A stretch of DNA of 64,000 bases from Octopus vulgaris (GCA_951406725.2 OX597815.1:24118001-24182000); one strand, 5' to 3'. Positions 26,520 through 42,465 are shown, numbered from the stretch's first letter. Notes: a model not told the origin generated them from the letters alone. A program made the numbers and translations.

Positions 26520-26755
26520 AGTGTGTGTGTGTATGTATGTGTGTGTGTGTGTGTTTGTCCGCCACCCAACATCGCTTTACAACCGATACAGGTGTGTTTA
26601 CGTCCCCGTAACTTAGCGGTTCGGTAAAAGAGACCGATAGAATAAGTACTAGGCTTACAAAGAATGAGTCCTGGGGTCGATTTGCTCGACTAAAGGCGGT
26701 GCCCCTGCATGGCCACAGTCAAAATGACTGAAACAAGTAAAAGAGTAAAAGAGTA
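26293..26755 (+). mobile_element. SINE family B, full length
   Basis: Matches family B head, internal microsatellite and tail. Confidence 0.88.
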
Positions 26756-27590
26756 TAAGAGAGACGAAAACCCGACAAAGTAAGGGGTGTTTCAGAGGGA
26801 GTAAGATCTGAGAAAGAAGAGTAAGAGAATGAGAGAGAGGAAGAGTTGGGTGGATATGGAGATTGAGACTGGGTGAGAGAAAGAGCTGGGTGGATATGGG
26901 GATGAGAACGGGTGAAAGGAGGAGGAGGACAAGTGTGTGCATTGAGTGAGCTTAATCGGCTACGGTGTATAAAGTCAGTATATTCAGCGAAGTAGAAGCC
27001 GTTGCAGTAGCATTAGAATTAATTTAATGAGAAACTGTTTGATGAGTCAGTGGTTGTAGAGTGCTGGTAAATGACAGTAATTCCTCTGCAACCCGTGGCT
27101 CGGTGCTTATAGTCTTAGTCAGTGATGGCTCACCTGGATATTGTTTAGGTTCAGGTGAGTTCGAATAAGCAGTCTTCTGCTTAAATATATTCCAGTCGTG
27201 GCCATTTCGTCCTTATTTCAGGCATAGTATATCTAAGATTATTTTATCCAATGTAACTTTACGTTTACTTTTTTTCTTCCTAAATTTTTTTTTTTTTTTT
27301 GACGATGAGGTATGATTTGAAGAGATTTGGCTGTTCTAACAGTTCGAGCAATCAAGAGGAGGCTTTGGGGTTGGCTTGTGTGTGTGTATGTGTGTGTGTG
27401 TGTGTCTAAGTCTAGACATGCAGGTCGAGCCTACCAAAATACTATCTGGGCCCTGATGGAGAAACTTAACAGGTCTAATGAAGTCTTCATTATGTAAAAA
27501 AAATCTGTGATAATTCAATAAGAGGTTGTGAATTAACTGTTGGGTTTTAAATTGGTGAAAAAAAAAATGGCAACAGTTTTGAGTAATGTA

Positions 27591-28000
27591 GGAGCTTTTC
27601 GGTTTGAACGACAGTTTTTAAAAATAATTTCCACGTAACTAAACACTTTTAAACTTCGTATACTGATAGAATGTGTTTATAAAACATTTTTTTCTCTTGG
27701 CTTTATTGAGAAAATTCTATAGTTTGTAAGATATTTGTTGTTTTTTTCTTCAATTTCTGCAATTTCAACCAATCGATGACGTCTAATGAGGTGAAAAACA
27801 TTCTGTGCCGTATGAATATGTCCCTCGTTTAAGAAACAGATTGGGTTTATTTACATTTCTGGAGAAAAAATATACCCTTCCCCCCACCCCTAACCCTAAA
27901 ACAGATTGAAATGCAATAGATCGATACTGGGGTCATAATTATGGGTGACAATTTCATATGACACCGCTAGAAAAAACTGCCGTTCAAACCGAAAAGATCC
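27591..28000 (+). mobile_element. MITE family C with perfect 8-bp TSD
   Basis: GTAATGTA at 27583-27590 and 28001-28008; GG..CC termini. Confidence 0.92.
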
Positions 28001-28766
28001 GTAATGTATTTTGCATGAATACAGAGAATGCAGTTTCACATTTTTTTTTAAAGTGTAGTGTTAGGGCATTGGTATTATTTAACTAAGCTGCAGAGTTCTC
28101 ATGAGTGGATTTCGTTAGACCAACTTGAGAGGCAGTAGTCGACTGTAATTAATTTTTACTGAAATTCCCGTCTCATATTAAGCTCTCGACGAACAGATAT
28201 GCAATTAAACTGGAATTTCGTTAAACACATCAGGCTAGCATTTTAATATCATTATTTCACTATTTGAGGAGGCGAATTAGATCATGTGACCTCAGTTTAA
28301 AACCCATAGATATATCTAGGTGATGTAAAAATGACACAAAGCAAATATGGGTTCGTCTAGAAAAATGTATACTTAATGTTTAAACAGAGTCAATAATTAA
28401 GATTCAACTGGTGGTCGACTTTCATTACTATTTGGTTTTCGTTATCAAATGTTATTCAGTGAAATTATGTATCCAACCTTTTAATGGCATGGAAACACAA
28501 ACAGTAAAGATGAAGTTGTGGGAACCAACAAAACATTCACACAGGATGAGATTCATATAATTTATAAGACGATTTTCAATGTTTTTTTTTTAATCTCTTC
28601 GAGGCGTCCCTGGCAAGGAAAAAAGTATCTTCTGACCGGTGACCTCGCTGAAATGTCTCCAAGATATATTAACCTACTAAAGTCACCCTCGTACCAGGTA
28701 GCAGTGTTGCTCATTTGTAGTCAATTCTCATTCTCTAGCTGCATGGGTTTGGTTTGTTATAACTTG

Positions 28767-29666
28767 CTAGCTGAACTACCCGGCGTTGCCCGTGTTACAG
28801 CTGTTCTTATTCAGATTAGTAAACAATAAATATGAAGATATATTGTTTCTCATAATTATTTCAAAATATCTATATTTTATTTTAAAATGTCCAAATTATA
28901 ATGATAATAGAATTTAGAACTTAAAATCTGTCAATCTTGAAGCACCTCAGAGTAAACAATATTCATTGTGTAATTTTTTGATGGTGTCTAAATGAATAAA
29001 CTGTTGCTGCTTACTACATTAGAGTAGCCAACATAGAGTTGGCTGTTGGAGAAGCATGTAGTAGAGAGATGAAGTCCAACTACCATGAGGGATTGACCCT
29101 GAGATTTGTTAACTGAAAGATCAAAACTTAGTTTGACTGGAAACTGAAGCCTCTTGAATTCAAATGGAACATCTGTAGATATGAGAGAAAATTTTGGAAT
29201 AAAGACATGTTCTTCTTTGTTATGATTGTTGCCTGTAGGTCATGGAGGCTTCATGGAAGTAACAATTGCGCGAGTTCCATTCCACAGGAGAGGTGGGTCA
29301 AGATTCCTAAGCAACATAATGGGAATTTGGTGTAGTAACAAGACGACAGGTTATGACACGGTTTGTTTTTTATTTGCACCAAATTAACTTCTTAAAAAGA
29401 ACGTATTTTCAAATGCTCAATACGAACCCAAGCAAATACTTTTCTCGCCTATAAAATTAAAGCTTCGAATGTGGTGATAGAAATTTGGCAGGTTTCTCTG
29501 GTGTAGTGGTTTTCATGGCTGTCCAGTTTTCAGCAGATGAGTGGTTTGATTCTCGCAGGTAACACCACTCTTTTATTCTTAGCTACACTTGCTTTGTGTA
29601 CATAAGACCTATCCGTCGTGAGAAACTCTGAGCAGTGATGCAGTGAACCGCTTCGAATTTATATAG
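28767..29666 (-). mobile_element. Non-autonomous Helitron carrying a decayed Pif1-like helicase C-terminal fragment (about 28990-29326)
   Basis: Minus strand reads PIMLLRNLDPPLLWNGTR..VFIPKFSLISTDVPFEFKRLQFPVKLSFDLSVNKSQGQSL.VVGL.L...CFSNSQLYV (RepHel motifs); 3' hairpin CACGGGCAACGCCGGG then CTAG; 5' CTATATAAA. Confidence 0.92.
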
Positions 29667-29694
29667 TTTATACGCGCATGTATATATACCCCTT

Positions 29695-30035
29695 GTGAAG
29701 GCGCATGGCTCAGTAGTCAGAGTGTCGAGCTTACGATCGTGAGGTTGTGAGTTCTATTCCCGGACCCGGCTGCGTGTTGTGTTCTTGAGCAAGACACTTT
29801 ATTTCACGTTACTCCAGTTAACTCAGCTGTAGAAATCAGTTGCGACATCACTGGAGCCAAGCTGTATCGGCCTTTGCCTTTCTCTTGGGTAACATCACTG
29901 GTGTGGAGAGGCGAGGCTGTTATGCATGTGCGACTGCTGACCTTCCATAAACAACCTTGCCCGGACTTGTGCCTCGGAGGGTAACTTTCTAGGTGCAATC
30001 CCATGGTCATTCATAACCGAAGGGGGGGGGGTCTC
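29695..30035 (+). mobile_element. tRNA-derived SINE, head H2 plus tail T4
   Basis: H2 head and body (GCGTGTTGTGTTCTTGAGCAAGACACTT); the tail recurs reversed at 40157-40352. Confidence 0.75.
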
Positions 30036-30741
30036 CCATATACACCCATATACACAGATACGCATGTATATACACATATATACACACATACATGCATACA
30101 CATCCACGCACAGACACATACACACACACATGCATACATACACACATGCATACATACACACATGCATACATACACACATACATACATACATACATACATA
30201 CATACATACATACATACATGCATGCATGCATGCATGCATGCATGCATGCATGTATGTATGTATGTATGTATGTATGTATGTATGTATGTATACTTTTGTC
30301 TGACATCTGACAAAAATTTCTCTACAAAAGAATCTCTGCAAAAGCAAACAATTCCCTTCATATACCTGTGACTCATGCGCAGGTAAAAATGATGAAATAT
30401 TCCAGGTGGATCACCTATAGCGAACTACTTCTATGAAACATGTCTCTTCAACTTTGTACATCACTACTTCTCTATCACTAATTTTCGGCCGCGACAAAAA
30501 TGACGGAATGTTACTCACACAGGTACACATATCGATTTTTGCGAGCTTGTCGGCAATTGCTGACGTAAAAAGGAATTGAACATCAAAAGAAACGTCGGCG
30601 TTTAATGTCATTTGAACTTTTTGTTGTCTTATCTACATCGCTTTTGTATCTTTATGTTTTACGCTTCCTTCCTCTTCAATACCATGACCATCACTACCAC
30701 CACCGGTTCCCACCCCTTAAAAAAAAACAACCATCACCACC

Positions 30742-30946
30742 ACTACTATTACTACTACTACTACTACTACTACTGCTGCCTCTGCTGCTGCTGCTACTAC
30801 TACAACTACTGCTGCTGCTACTACTGCTACTGCTACTGCTATTACTACTACTGCTGCTACTACTACTACTACTACTACTACTGCTGCTACTACTACTGCT
30901 GCGGCTGCTGCTGCTGCTGCTGCTGCTGCTGCGGCTGCTGCTGCTG

Positions 30947-30987
<41 letters not shown>

Positions 30988-31006
30988 GCTGCTGCTATTA
31001 CTACTA

Positions 31007-31038
<32 letters not shown>

Positions 31039-31144
31039 ACTGCTGCTGCTGCTGCTACTACTACTACTAATACTACTGCTGCTGTTGCTGCTGCTGCTGC
31101 AACTACTACTACTACTACTACTACTACTACTGCTACTACTACTG

Positions 31145-31202
<58 letters not shown>

Positions 31203-31203
31203 A

Positions 31204-31236
<33 letters not shown>
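30742..31236. repeat. Compound (CTA)n/(CTG)n trinucleotide array, ~165 units
   Basis: Directly visible. Confidence 0.95.
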
Positions 31237-31237
<1 letters not shown>

Positions 31238-32302
31238 GGAATGTTTTCTGCAGCGTTAATGTTGCAGATTTGTGTACAGAAATTCTACTAAGGTTATTTG
31301 GAACTGAGGCCGGGTAGAGGTAGAAGCTTTATATCTCATGAGGATTATTTCTACTCCTTGTAAACCGTGTAAGCTGTTATAATTCTAAACATTTAATTCT
31401 CCCTGAAAACGAAATGAAGGTTCCAAACATTCGACGCGCTGCCACCATATTTAGATATTGTAAAAACATTTACGTCTACCCTAATTCGATTTGGACAGGG
31501 ACACAAAAAAAAGAAGCGTGAAACAGCAATAACAGCAATAGTAGTATGTGACACTTGTGGATTTTTTTTTAATACTTATTTATTTACTCGCCAATATTCT
31601 CGCTTCCATATTCTCTGCTTTCATATCTCGCTGTATAGTTAGCAAACCACAGAGCAAAATTCAAAACTTTTACTGCTATTTTCGTGACTAGGAAATCTAT
31701 TTTCCTTTTATATATTTCTTTATTACCCACAAGGGGCTAAACATAGGGGGCACAAACAAGTACAGACAAGCGGATTAAGTCGATTTCATCGACCCCAGTG
31801 CGTCACTGATACTTAATTTATCGACTGCGAAAGGATGAAAGGTAAATTCGACATCGGCGGAATTTGAACTCAGAACGCAGCGGCAGGCGAAATACCGCTA
31901 AGCATTTCGCCCGGCGTGCTAACGTTTCTGCCTTATGTTTTCCTTTAATAGAACTAAACTGTGAAAATGTGTGTGCGTGCGTGTGTATGTGTGTGCGTGT
32001 GTGTGTGTGAGGTCGTTTACGAGCCACTGGTAACTTCGTCCGATGCAGTTTGTTCCACGGTTGCTCGTCGGTTCCCTACCAAGTTTTCCCGGTGAGGAGG
32101 ATTGCTAGGAAACCTAGCCGGGCAAAATTAAAACCTACCAAAAGGACGAATCAACCCAACGTAGAATTCCGTCTGTCTAGCAATAGCACGGAAACTTCAA
32201 AATTGTAGGTTAGTGTCCGTTGAACTTAAGACAACTGGGAGTAAAGAAAGGATAAAGTTACACTGGGCAAGACTTGAACTTTGAACGTAAAGAAACAGGA
32301 GA

Positions 32303-32540
32303 AATACCTATTTCTTTACAACCCACAAGGGGTTAAACACAGAGAAGACTAACGAGGACAGACAAACGGATTAAGTCGATTACATCGACTTCAGTGCGTA
32401 ACTGGTACTTATTTAATCGACCCCGAATGGATGAAAGGCAAAGTCGACCTCGGCGGAATTTGAACTCAGAAAGTAACGGCAGACGAAATATCGCTACGCA
32501 TTTCGCCCGGCGTGCTAACGTTTCTGCCAACTCGCCGCCT
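32303..32540 (-). mobile_element. SINE family A inserted in an older family-A-like copy
   Basis: TSD GAAAC(A/G)GGAGAAATACC on both sides. Confidence 0.85.
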
Positions 32541-32998
32541 CTGAAACGGGAGAAATACCACAAGACATTTTATCAAACGCTTTAACGATTCTGGTGGACA
32601 ATAAAGACGAAAATACTTTGCGTCTATGTGATTTGGAGTTCAATCCTACGGTGCAACCCCTTAAGCAAAGTGTCCTCTGAATTTTCGGCTTAACAAAAAA
32701 TGCGACTGAAACTTGATAGACTTAAACTGTTCTTTAGGTACTTTTACCGGAGTCCACTCTATTGCAAGCATTCAAACTAGGTCTCCGGTCCGAAGATAAA
32801 TCTCTCCTTTCCTCTCACCCGTCTCATGGGCCCTGAAAAGGGTCGTGGACTTCGCATTTCCTTCTTTGACTAATTCAGTCATTCATTTTCCTGGTTTTTA
32901 TAATCCTTTAAGAAAAGATGATGTTCTTGGCAACCAGGCTGATTTAGAACCGATTTTCAAAGGAAATCAGAGTTTTGATTTATATTGTGACGACCTTA

Positions 32999-33420
32999 AT
33001 ACCTATTTCTTTACTACCCACAAGAGGCTAAACACAGAGGGGACAAACAAGGACAGACAAACGGATTAAGCCGATTACATCGACTCCAGTGCGTAACTGG
33101 TACTTAATTTATCGACCTCGAAATGATGAAAGGCAAAGTCGACCTCGGCGGAATTTGAACTCAGAACGCAACGGCAGACGAAATACCTATTTCTTTACTA
33201 CCCACAAGGGGCTAAACACAGAGAGGACAAACAAGAACAGACAAACGGATTAAGCCGATTACATCGACTCCAGTGCGTAACTGGTACTTAATTTATCGAC
33301 CCCGAAATGATGAAAGGCAAAGTCGACCTCGGCGGAATTTGAACTCAGAACGTAACGGCAGACGAAATACCGCTAAGCATTTCACCCGGCGTGCTAACGT
33401 TTCTTTCAGCTCGCCGCCTT
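32999..33420 (-). mobile_element. SINE family A dimer (one head, two bodies)
   Basis: Junction GACGAAATACCTATTTCTTT near 33180; CCTTAATACC flanks. Confidence 0.85.
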
Positions 33421-33689
33421 ATAATACCTTAATACCACCAGCAGATAATTGTCAAAATAATAATGGACATAAAAGAAATTTTTAATATACCTTAGATAAA
33501 TAACATATAATAAAATCGCTTTGATGCTTTTATATTCTACTTAGCCACAAAGTTCAACTTCGTGTGAAGCAAAAATACAAACGATCGCTCAATTAGTTTT
33601 AGTCAGGATGAACGTTTTCTGTTTGTGTGATATAACTACTGATCATATTTTATATTTTAGTAATTTCTATAAAAAATTTGACATAAAAA

Positions 33690-34099
33690 TTTCGGTTTGA
33701 ACGGCGGTTTTTTTTAGCGGTGTCATATGAAATTGTCACCCATAATTATGACCCTAGTATCGATCTATTGCATTTCAATCTGTTTTAGGGTTAGGGTTAG
33801 GGTTAGGGGTGGAGGGAAGGGTATCTTTTTTTCTTCACAAATGTAAATAAACCCAATCTGTTTCTTAAACGGGGGACATATTCATGCGGCACAGAATATT
33901 TTTTACCTCAAAAGACGTCAGTGATTGATTGAAATTGAAGAAAAAAAAACAACAAATATCTTACAAACTATAGAATTTTCTCAATAAAGCCAAGAGAAAA
34001 AGATGTTTTATAAACACATTCTACCAGCATACGAAGTTTAAAAGTGTTTAGCTACCTAGAAATTATTTAAAAAAACTGCCGGTCAAACCGAAAAGATCC
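33690..34099 (-). mobile_element. MITE family C, reverse orientation
   Basis: Internal (TTAGGG)4; TIR ends AAAAGATCC. Confidence 0.85.
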
Positions 34100-34677
34100 C
34101 ATTTCTGTCTTCGAGTCAATAGGAGGTTATAAAATATCGGTTTCAAATTCTAGAACACGGACAGCAAGTTCAGTGGTGGGGTAAGTTGATTACATTACTC
34201 CCACTGTTCAACTGGTACTTATTTTATCGAATCCTGAAACGTAAAGTCGACCTAGGCAGAATTTGAACTTTGAACGTAAAGATGCCACTTTATTTTTATT
34301 TTTGGCCGATGTGTTAACGATACAGCCAGTTCGCTGCTTAAAATGTTCATAAAATATTGATGTCTTGATATTTGACACCCAGGATAACGTCAAATCAAGG
34401 GTCCAGCAATATCAAGTCCATCCATCATTAATTTTAGCCAATACTATAAAACAAAAATATAAAAGAAATTTCCATGGCAACGTGCCTGCACTGCTACTGA
34501 TAGCGATTTCAGGATTTAGCATGAAATAGGGATTTTTTTTATTGAAGCATAGAGATGATTGACTCGATCCTAGTGCTTGGCTTGTACTCAATTTATATAC
34601 ACCAGAAGATTGATAACTAAAGTTTTATTTTGGAGGAATTCAAACTCAGTGTCGTATATCGCCAAAAGGTCGTAACT

Positions 34678-34908
34678 AAATACCTATTTCTTTACTACCC
34701 ACAAGGGGCCAAACACAGAGGGGACAAACAAGGACAGACAAACGGATTAAGTCGATTACATCGACCCCAATGTGCAACTGGTACTTAATTTATCGATCCC
34801 GAAAGGATGAAAGGCAAAGTCGACCTCGGTGGAATTTGAACTCAGAACGTAACGGCAGACGAAATACCGCTAGGCATTTCGCCCGGCGTGCTAACGGTTC
34901 TGCCAGCT
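34678..34908 (-). mobile_element. SINE family A inserted in an older family-A-like copy
   Basis: TSD GTCGTAACTAAAT(A/G)CC on both sides. Confidence 0.85.
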
Positions 34909-36616
34909 AGTCGTAACTAAATGCCGTTAATGGTTTTGTCTGCCGTTCTAACGATTCTGTTACGCACTATCCGTATAATGTTTTGTTTTTGTATTTGTTT
35001 TGCGAGATTCTTGGTGGGAAATTGTGTTGAACAACAGATACTGTTGTATTTTGGGGGAAGGTCATAGTGTCAACTGAAATACACGCACTGGTTTTATTTC
35101 ACTTGGGTTTTATTAGCAGCAAATTAGATAATTAGTTAATAGGTAAATTAATTTATTGATTCTTAATTTATTGATTCGATAACTATATTCTCCTCACACA
35201 CCTCCTCTATGCTACCTGGAGTCAATTTATTTTACTATTTATTACCTCATTAAGGCGGCGAGCTGACAGAATCGTCAGCAGCATTTCGTCTATCTGTTCG
35301 TTCTGAGTTCAAATTCAGCCGAGGTCGATTTTGCTTTTCATCTTTTGGGATCGATAAAATAAGTGCCAATCAAATATTGGTTCGATGTAATCGACTTCCC
35401 TCTCCCTCCTTCCCTGTGCCAAAATTTAAAATCATTATTAATTACCTAATTATCTAATTAAAAGATAATAAATCTTAAGTGAAATACACTCAATACGTAT
35501 GTTTTAATTGGTTTCATGACCCTCCCATTAGTATAACAATATCTCTGTTAAGCTAAGCATTTTTTTTTTGGCATTGATACTAATATCCAGGGAGAAAAGA
35601 ATATTTTTATAACTGAAGACAGAAAACTCATCTTGTATTTCAATGAAGTAAAATCGTATCTCTTACGGATATTTTTATTAGAACAACTAAAAACCAATGT
35701 CAAATAAAACTTTTCTTTTCTTTAAAAAAAAAAGGGAGAGAGAGAAACGGGCTCTAGTGCTTCGGGGATCGTGTCTGATACATATCTCCAATTAATTAAT
35801 AATCTTCTAAAATATTTTATCAACGAAGGTATAGTACCCGTGAGTTCATTATCAAATTTTATTATCAGAAATATCCGTGAATTAATTATCACGGATACTT
35901 CTTAGTGAGCAACATAACGTATAACATGACAGCAATCTTTCAACAATCTTCATGATTGCTAGTTATTATCAAATTGAAAATCTGAAAAATCAACAAAAAC
36001 AAACATAAATCTCTTGGTTAGACATTTTTGCTGCTTAGAAGAATTTCTAGTTGGCAGTAGTTATCGTTTTTCTGAATTCTTTAATGTCCTCAGCTGTACG
36101 TGACTAGTTGAATAACAGACGCCATTTTACAGTAATCTGTTCTCATAGAAAGAATGTTCTCTTAGCTTTCATTTTGTAGAATCTGCTTGAGAGTTAAAAA
36201 GGAACGTTTTGGCAATATTTGTTCAAAGAGTTCAGATATTTTTCACGTACCATTTGCTTTTTAGTGCTTCGGAGTTGGTTTTGGAATTGAAGAACAAAAT
36301 GCAAATTAACGATTGTTTTTTTTATAGAAATAAAGAGGAAACCTTACGCAAATCAGATGTTTCGTCCACTAATAAAACTCTCAACTAGCATCATGTACTG
36401 GCCACGGGGATGTAAAAGCCCTTCTCCATTTGTTCGTTATCATCATATCACATTATCATTATTTTCATGTACAATATTTTATCATTCATTCTCTTGAAGT
36501 CGATGAAATAAAGTATCAGTTAGGTATTGGAGTCGATGTAATCGATTAACTCTACCTTCCCTACAATCCTTTACTTGTGTACCTAGATTAAAAACATTTC
36601 TATAGCTATAGAAGTT

Positions 36617-38332
<1,716 letters not shown>

Positions 38333-38547
38333 CGAGCCTTGTAAATTGCTTTATTTTGACTATGATTCGTTCAGAACCAGACACCCCTTATTTCAGTCCT
38401 AGATATCGTCTAATCCAGTTCAGACATGAAGTATACTTTTCACTAAATTACTGTTGTTCTTATCTAACTAAAATGGTTCAGTCGCACATAAAGCAATTTA
38501 CCTAATGGACAAAGTTACACTTGCAAAAATCTACAACCGCAGACTAA

Positions 38548-39059
38548 ATAAATGCGCCCTTTTAAAGCCTAACCAGGCTCATGGGCCCGGTTTCTATGGC
38601 GTATGTGTTCCCCAGCTAGACGGGACTCCAGTCCATCGCAACGTTACTCATTTTTGCCAGATGAGTGGACTAGAGCAACGTGAAATGAAGTGTTTTGCTC
38701 AAGAACACAACGCGTCACCCGGTCCAGGAATCGGAACCACTATCTTAGGATCATGGTGCTGACACCCTAACCACTAAGCCATGCGCCTCCCACTTTGCGC
38801 CCTTTTAAGAGCCTAGCCAGGCTCATGGGCCCGGTTTCCCGGTTTCTATGGCGTATGTGTTCCCCAGCTGGACGGGACACCAGTCCATCGCAACGTTACT
38901 CATTTTTTTTGCCAGCTGAGTGGACTGGAGCAACGTGAAATGAAGTGTTTTGCTCAAGAACACAACGCGTCGTCCGGTCCAGGAATCGAAACCACAATCT
39001 TACGATCATGATGCTGACATCGTAACCCCTAACCACTAAGCCACGCGCCTCCACACACC
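38548..39059 (-). mobile_element. Tandem dimer of H2 plus T3 (V-domain-like) SINE under one TSD
   Basis: 14-bp TSD CAACCGCAGACTAA at 38534-38547 and 39060-39073; two complete units. Confidence 0.88.
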
Positions 39060-39556
39060 CAACCGCAGACTAATCATTCCTTTTTATCCATCCTTCTGTG
39101 TTCACTCTCAATAAAATAATGGCTTATGTTCCTCTGAATTTGATACGCTTATACACCTTCTACTCATAGTTCATTCGTCTTCCACCAATATCTTACTGTA
39201 AACATCTTTCAATTGCAATTCACTCAGATGTTCTATCTTACTAGATTTTCTCTCCAACCAATGATTTCTAATAGTTCGAACTAAACGCTAATAAATGTCA
39301 ATTGCTTTAATTTCACTTATTTAAGCTCAAGCTTACTCCAAATCAAAAGTTCCTATAGATATTATGGCTATAAACTCTTGGATAATTTACGTATTAGCTA
39401 AAAGAAAAAAAATTAATGTTAAGCATCTAAGTATAATTTTTCCAATCTGGAAACAATTATACGTTTCCTGTACTTCAAACAGAGCATAAGTTTACAACAA
39501 ACAGAACTATATGATACAGTGAACGAAAGGACCAAAGGACCTATGCGTGTGTGTGT

Positions 39557-39592
<36 letters not shown>

Positions 39593-39976
39593 TCATAATC
39601 GTATAGGTCACGGCCAAATCGATTATCTTTGTAATATGATAAAATTGAACGTGTATCAGGTAAACAATCTGTGCTTACTATAAAGAAAATTTAGTATCGA
39701 CATCTCGCTCATTTTAAGGTGAGCTGGTAACAACATATAATGCTATGAATGTCTATAAATGTTATTAATCAGCCAAATCAATCTTCTTGAGAAACTCCTT
39801 TTACTTCTTGATATATCAGAAGAACCAGCAGTTTGAAGGAAACCTGACTGTAAGCTAATTCGGATAAAATTACAGACAAAAATACGCCAGCTATGCAATG
39901 TGCTAAATAAGTGTGTACGTGTTTGTGTGTGAACTTCTATCAATATCCGGTATGTATCTATTACTGTGACTGAAAG

Positions 39977-40050
<74 letters not shown>

Positions 40051-40055
40051 GGAAA

Positions 40056-40104
<49 letters not shown>

Positions 40105-40505
40105 GAAAGTCGATAGATAGATGTATCAAATGTGTGTGTTCATATATAAAGGGTAGAAACCCACCTCGGACTCGAATGACCATGAGATTGTACCTAGAAA
40201 GTTCTCCGAGTTACAAGTCCGGGTGAGGTTGTTTTGCGAAAGACCAGCAGTCGCCCATGCATATCATTCTTCCCTCTCTACGCCATCGATACTGACCAAA
40301 GGTAGGGCGAAGATCGATACAGCTTGGCATCAGTGACGTCTCTACTCATTTCAGTCTGTATTTATAAAACTGGTAAGCCAGTGGGCTGACATAATCGTTT
40401 GCACGCCGGATGAAATACTAAACGACATTTCATCCGTCTTTATGTTCTGAGTTCAAATTCCGTCGAGGTCGACTTTGCCTTTCATCTTTTCCAAGTCGAT
40501 AAAAT

Positions 40506-40822
40506 GTGTGGAGGCATATGGCCTAGTGGTTAGAGCAGCGGACTCGCGGTCGAGGGATCGCGGGTTCGAATCTCAGACCGGGCGATGTGTGTGTGTTTAT
40601 GAGCGAAACACCTAAGCTCCACGCGACTCCGGCAGAAGGTAATGGCAAAACTTCTGCTGATTCTTTCGCCACAACTTTCTCTCACTCTTTACTCCTCCAT
40701 CATGCAGCTCACCTGCGACGGACCGGCGTCCCGTCCAGGCGGGGAACCTATACGCCAAGAAACCGGGAAACCGGCCCTTATGAGCCAGGCATGGCTCGAG
40801 AAGGAACAAACAACAACAAAAC
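40506..40822 (+). mobile_element. tRNA-derived SINE, head H1 plus tail T3, nested in a family-A SINE
   Basis: Box A TGGCCTAGTGG, box B GGTTCGAATC, V-domain-like CCTGCGACGGACCGGCGTCCCGTCCAGG, (AAC)n tail; TSD AAGTCGATAA. Confidence 0.82.
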
Positions 40823-42046
40823 AAAGTCGATAACATAAGTACCAGTGGAGCACTAGGCTCGAAAAATTGTTGTTCCTGTGCCAAAATTTGAAGCTAACAT
40901 TCATTTATAAATATTTGTAAATAAGACCACAGCTACATGGATAATAGAATTATGTTCAGTAATTTCAGTCATCTACTTAAGATTAATGACCTCCTCTCGG
41001 TTAACATCAGAGATTTCTTGTAAAGTTTTTAACTATCCATCAAACAAACTTTCAGTAAGTCGGTGACAGTCAACGATGTAGTTAAAGAAGAACGTATCAA
41101 GAGGTATATCTCGTTTGAGTTACTAATGGATTCGCTGGTAAACTTATTTAATTGTCGCTTTTTCTGTCTGTAACGAAGAACATGGAAGTATAAATAGTTA
41201 AAGAACATGGTTTTGCTGCGCAAGCCATGTGGGCATATTTGATATTGCGTAAGAAATTAAATAATTTTGATTTAAAGATACCAATCGAGTCTAACATCCG
41301 TTCAAATAATGACTTAGTGTTCGTAGTAAGTTGAAGCCAGTTTTTTTTATATATTTATACTGTGGTATTATCAATTCATTTGTTTTTGTTTTGTATTTGG
41401 AATTTAGATGTGAAATTGTCTGAATGTAGTCGCAATTTTGATTGTTTGCTTATTTGTGCGTTTGTATTTTTTAAACTTTGGACTCAGCAGAACAAATTGA
41501 TAGCGCCGCTGACATTTTGAGATTAATGTCTAAATATGGTAAAAAAATTTATACCCAACAAAATTGCATTTTGAATGCATGTATACATGCTTGTTAAATA
41601 ATTAATCTTGTGGAGGAAGAAAGAAATGGTGTTGATAGAAAATGGAAGCCTTTTATGCAATTTTAATCAATATAAATCGTATTTAATAATTTATGCCAAA
41701 AGTAATGCTTTTAGCTTGATTTTTAAAAATTACAAAACATCTCTTTTTTTATATTTCTGGACAAATGTTGGGTTAAACATTATGAAAGTACATTTTAAAG
41801 CGAACCTGTTCTTTATGTACCTAACCTTTTTACGTTTTTAATCTTCAAAACTTTACTGGGTTCTCATGTTTTCGACAACGGAGATTCCATTTCGCAAAAG
41901 AAAAAAGAAAAACTGGAGCATATTAAAATTTCAATTTACTCCCTATTCCTTCTACTTTTAAAACTTATTCGATTTTTCAAAAGTTTTTTTTTTTTCACGT
42001 AGGAAAGTACGAACATTACGAAAAAATATCCTCTTTGTGAGTATGT

Positions 42047-42073
42047 GTATACATGCATACATACATACATACA

Positions 42074-42107
<34 letters not shown>

Positions 42108-42320
42108 CGTACATACATACATACATACATACATACATAATACATATATACGTACGTACATACATACATACATACATACGTACATACATACGTACGTACA
42201 TACATACATACATACATACATACATACATACATACATACACACATACATACACACATACATGCATGCATACATACATACATACATACATACATACATACA
42301 TACATACATACATACATACA
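42047..42320. repeat. (ATAC)n microsatellite
   Basis: Directly visible. Confidence 0.95.
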
Positions 42321-42465
42321 CCAGACTGTATTTTAATTTCATATAACCCGTTATTAAAAAGACCGTTTGTTGAAAGGACCAATGAAACAAAACCAATTTC
42401 AAATGTGTATCTATCGTAATTGTATATCTATACATATAACCTTTTTTGTTCCATTCTCAGCCAAA

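Noticed and set aside
30605-31291. Poly-Leu and poly-Tyr/Cys ORFs; likewise poly-Asn and poly-Ile ORFs at 54327-54777
   Set aside because: Trinucleotide microsatellites with no flanking coding signal.
40510-40580. tRNA gene; also considered at 56154, 29697 and 38980
   Set aside because: Box A and B are present, but the acceptor stem does not pair and the sequence continues into SINE body and tail.
41030-41175. Short protein-looking plus frame IKQTFSKSVTVNDVVKEERIKRYISFELL
   Set aside because: Bounded by stops, with no convincing splice sites or recognisable homology.
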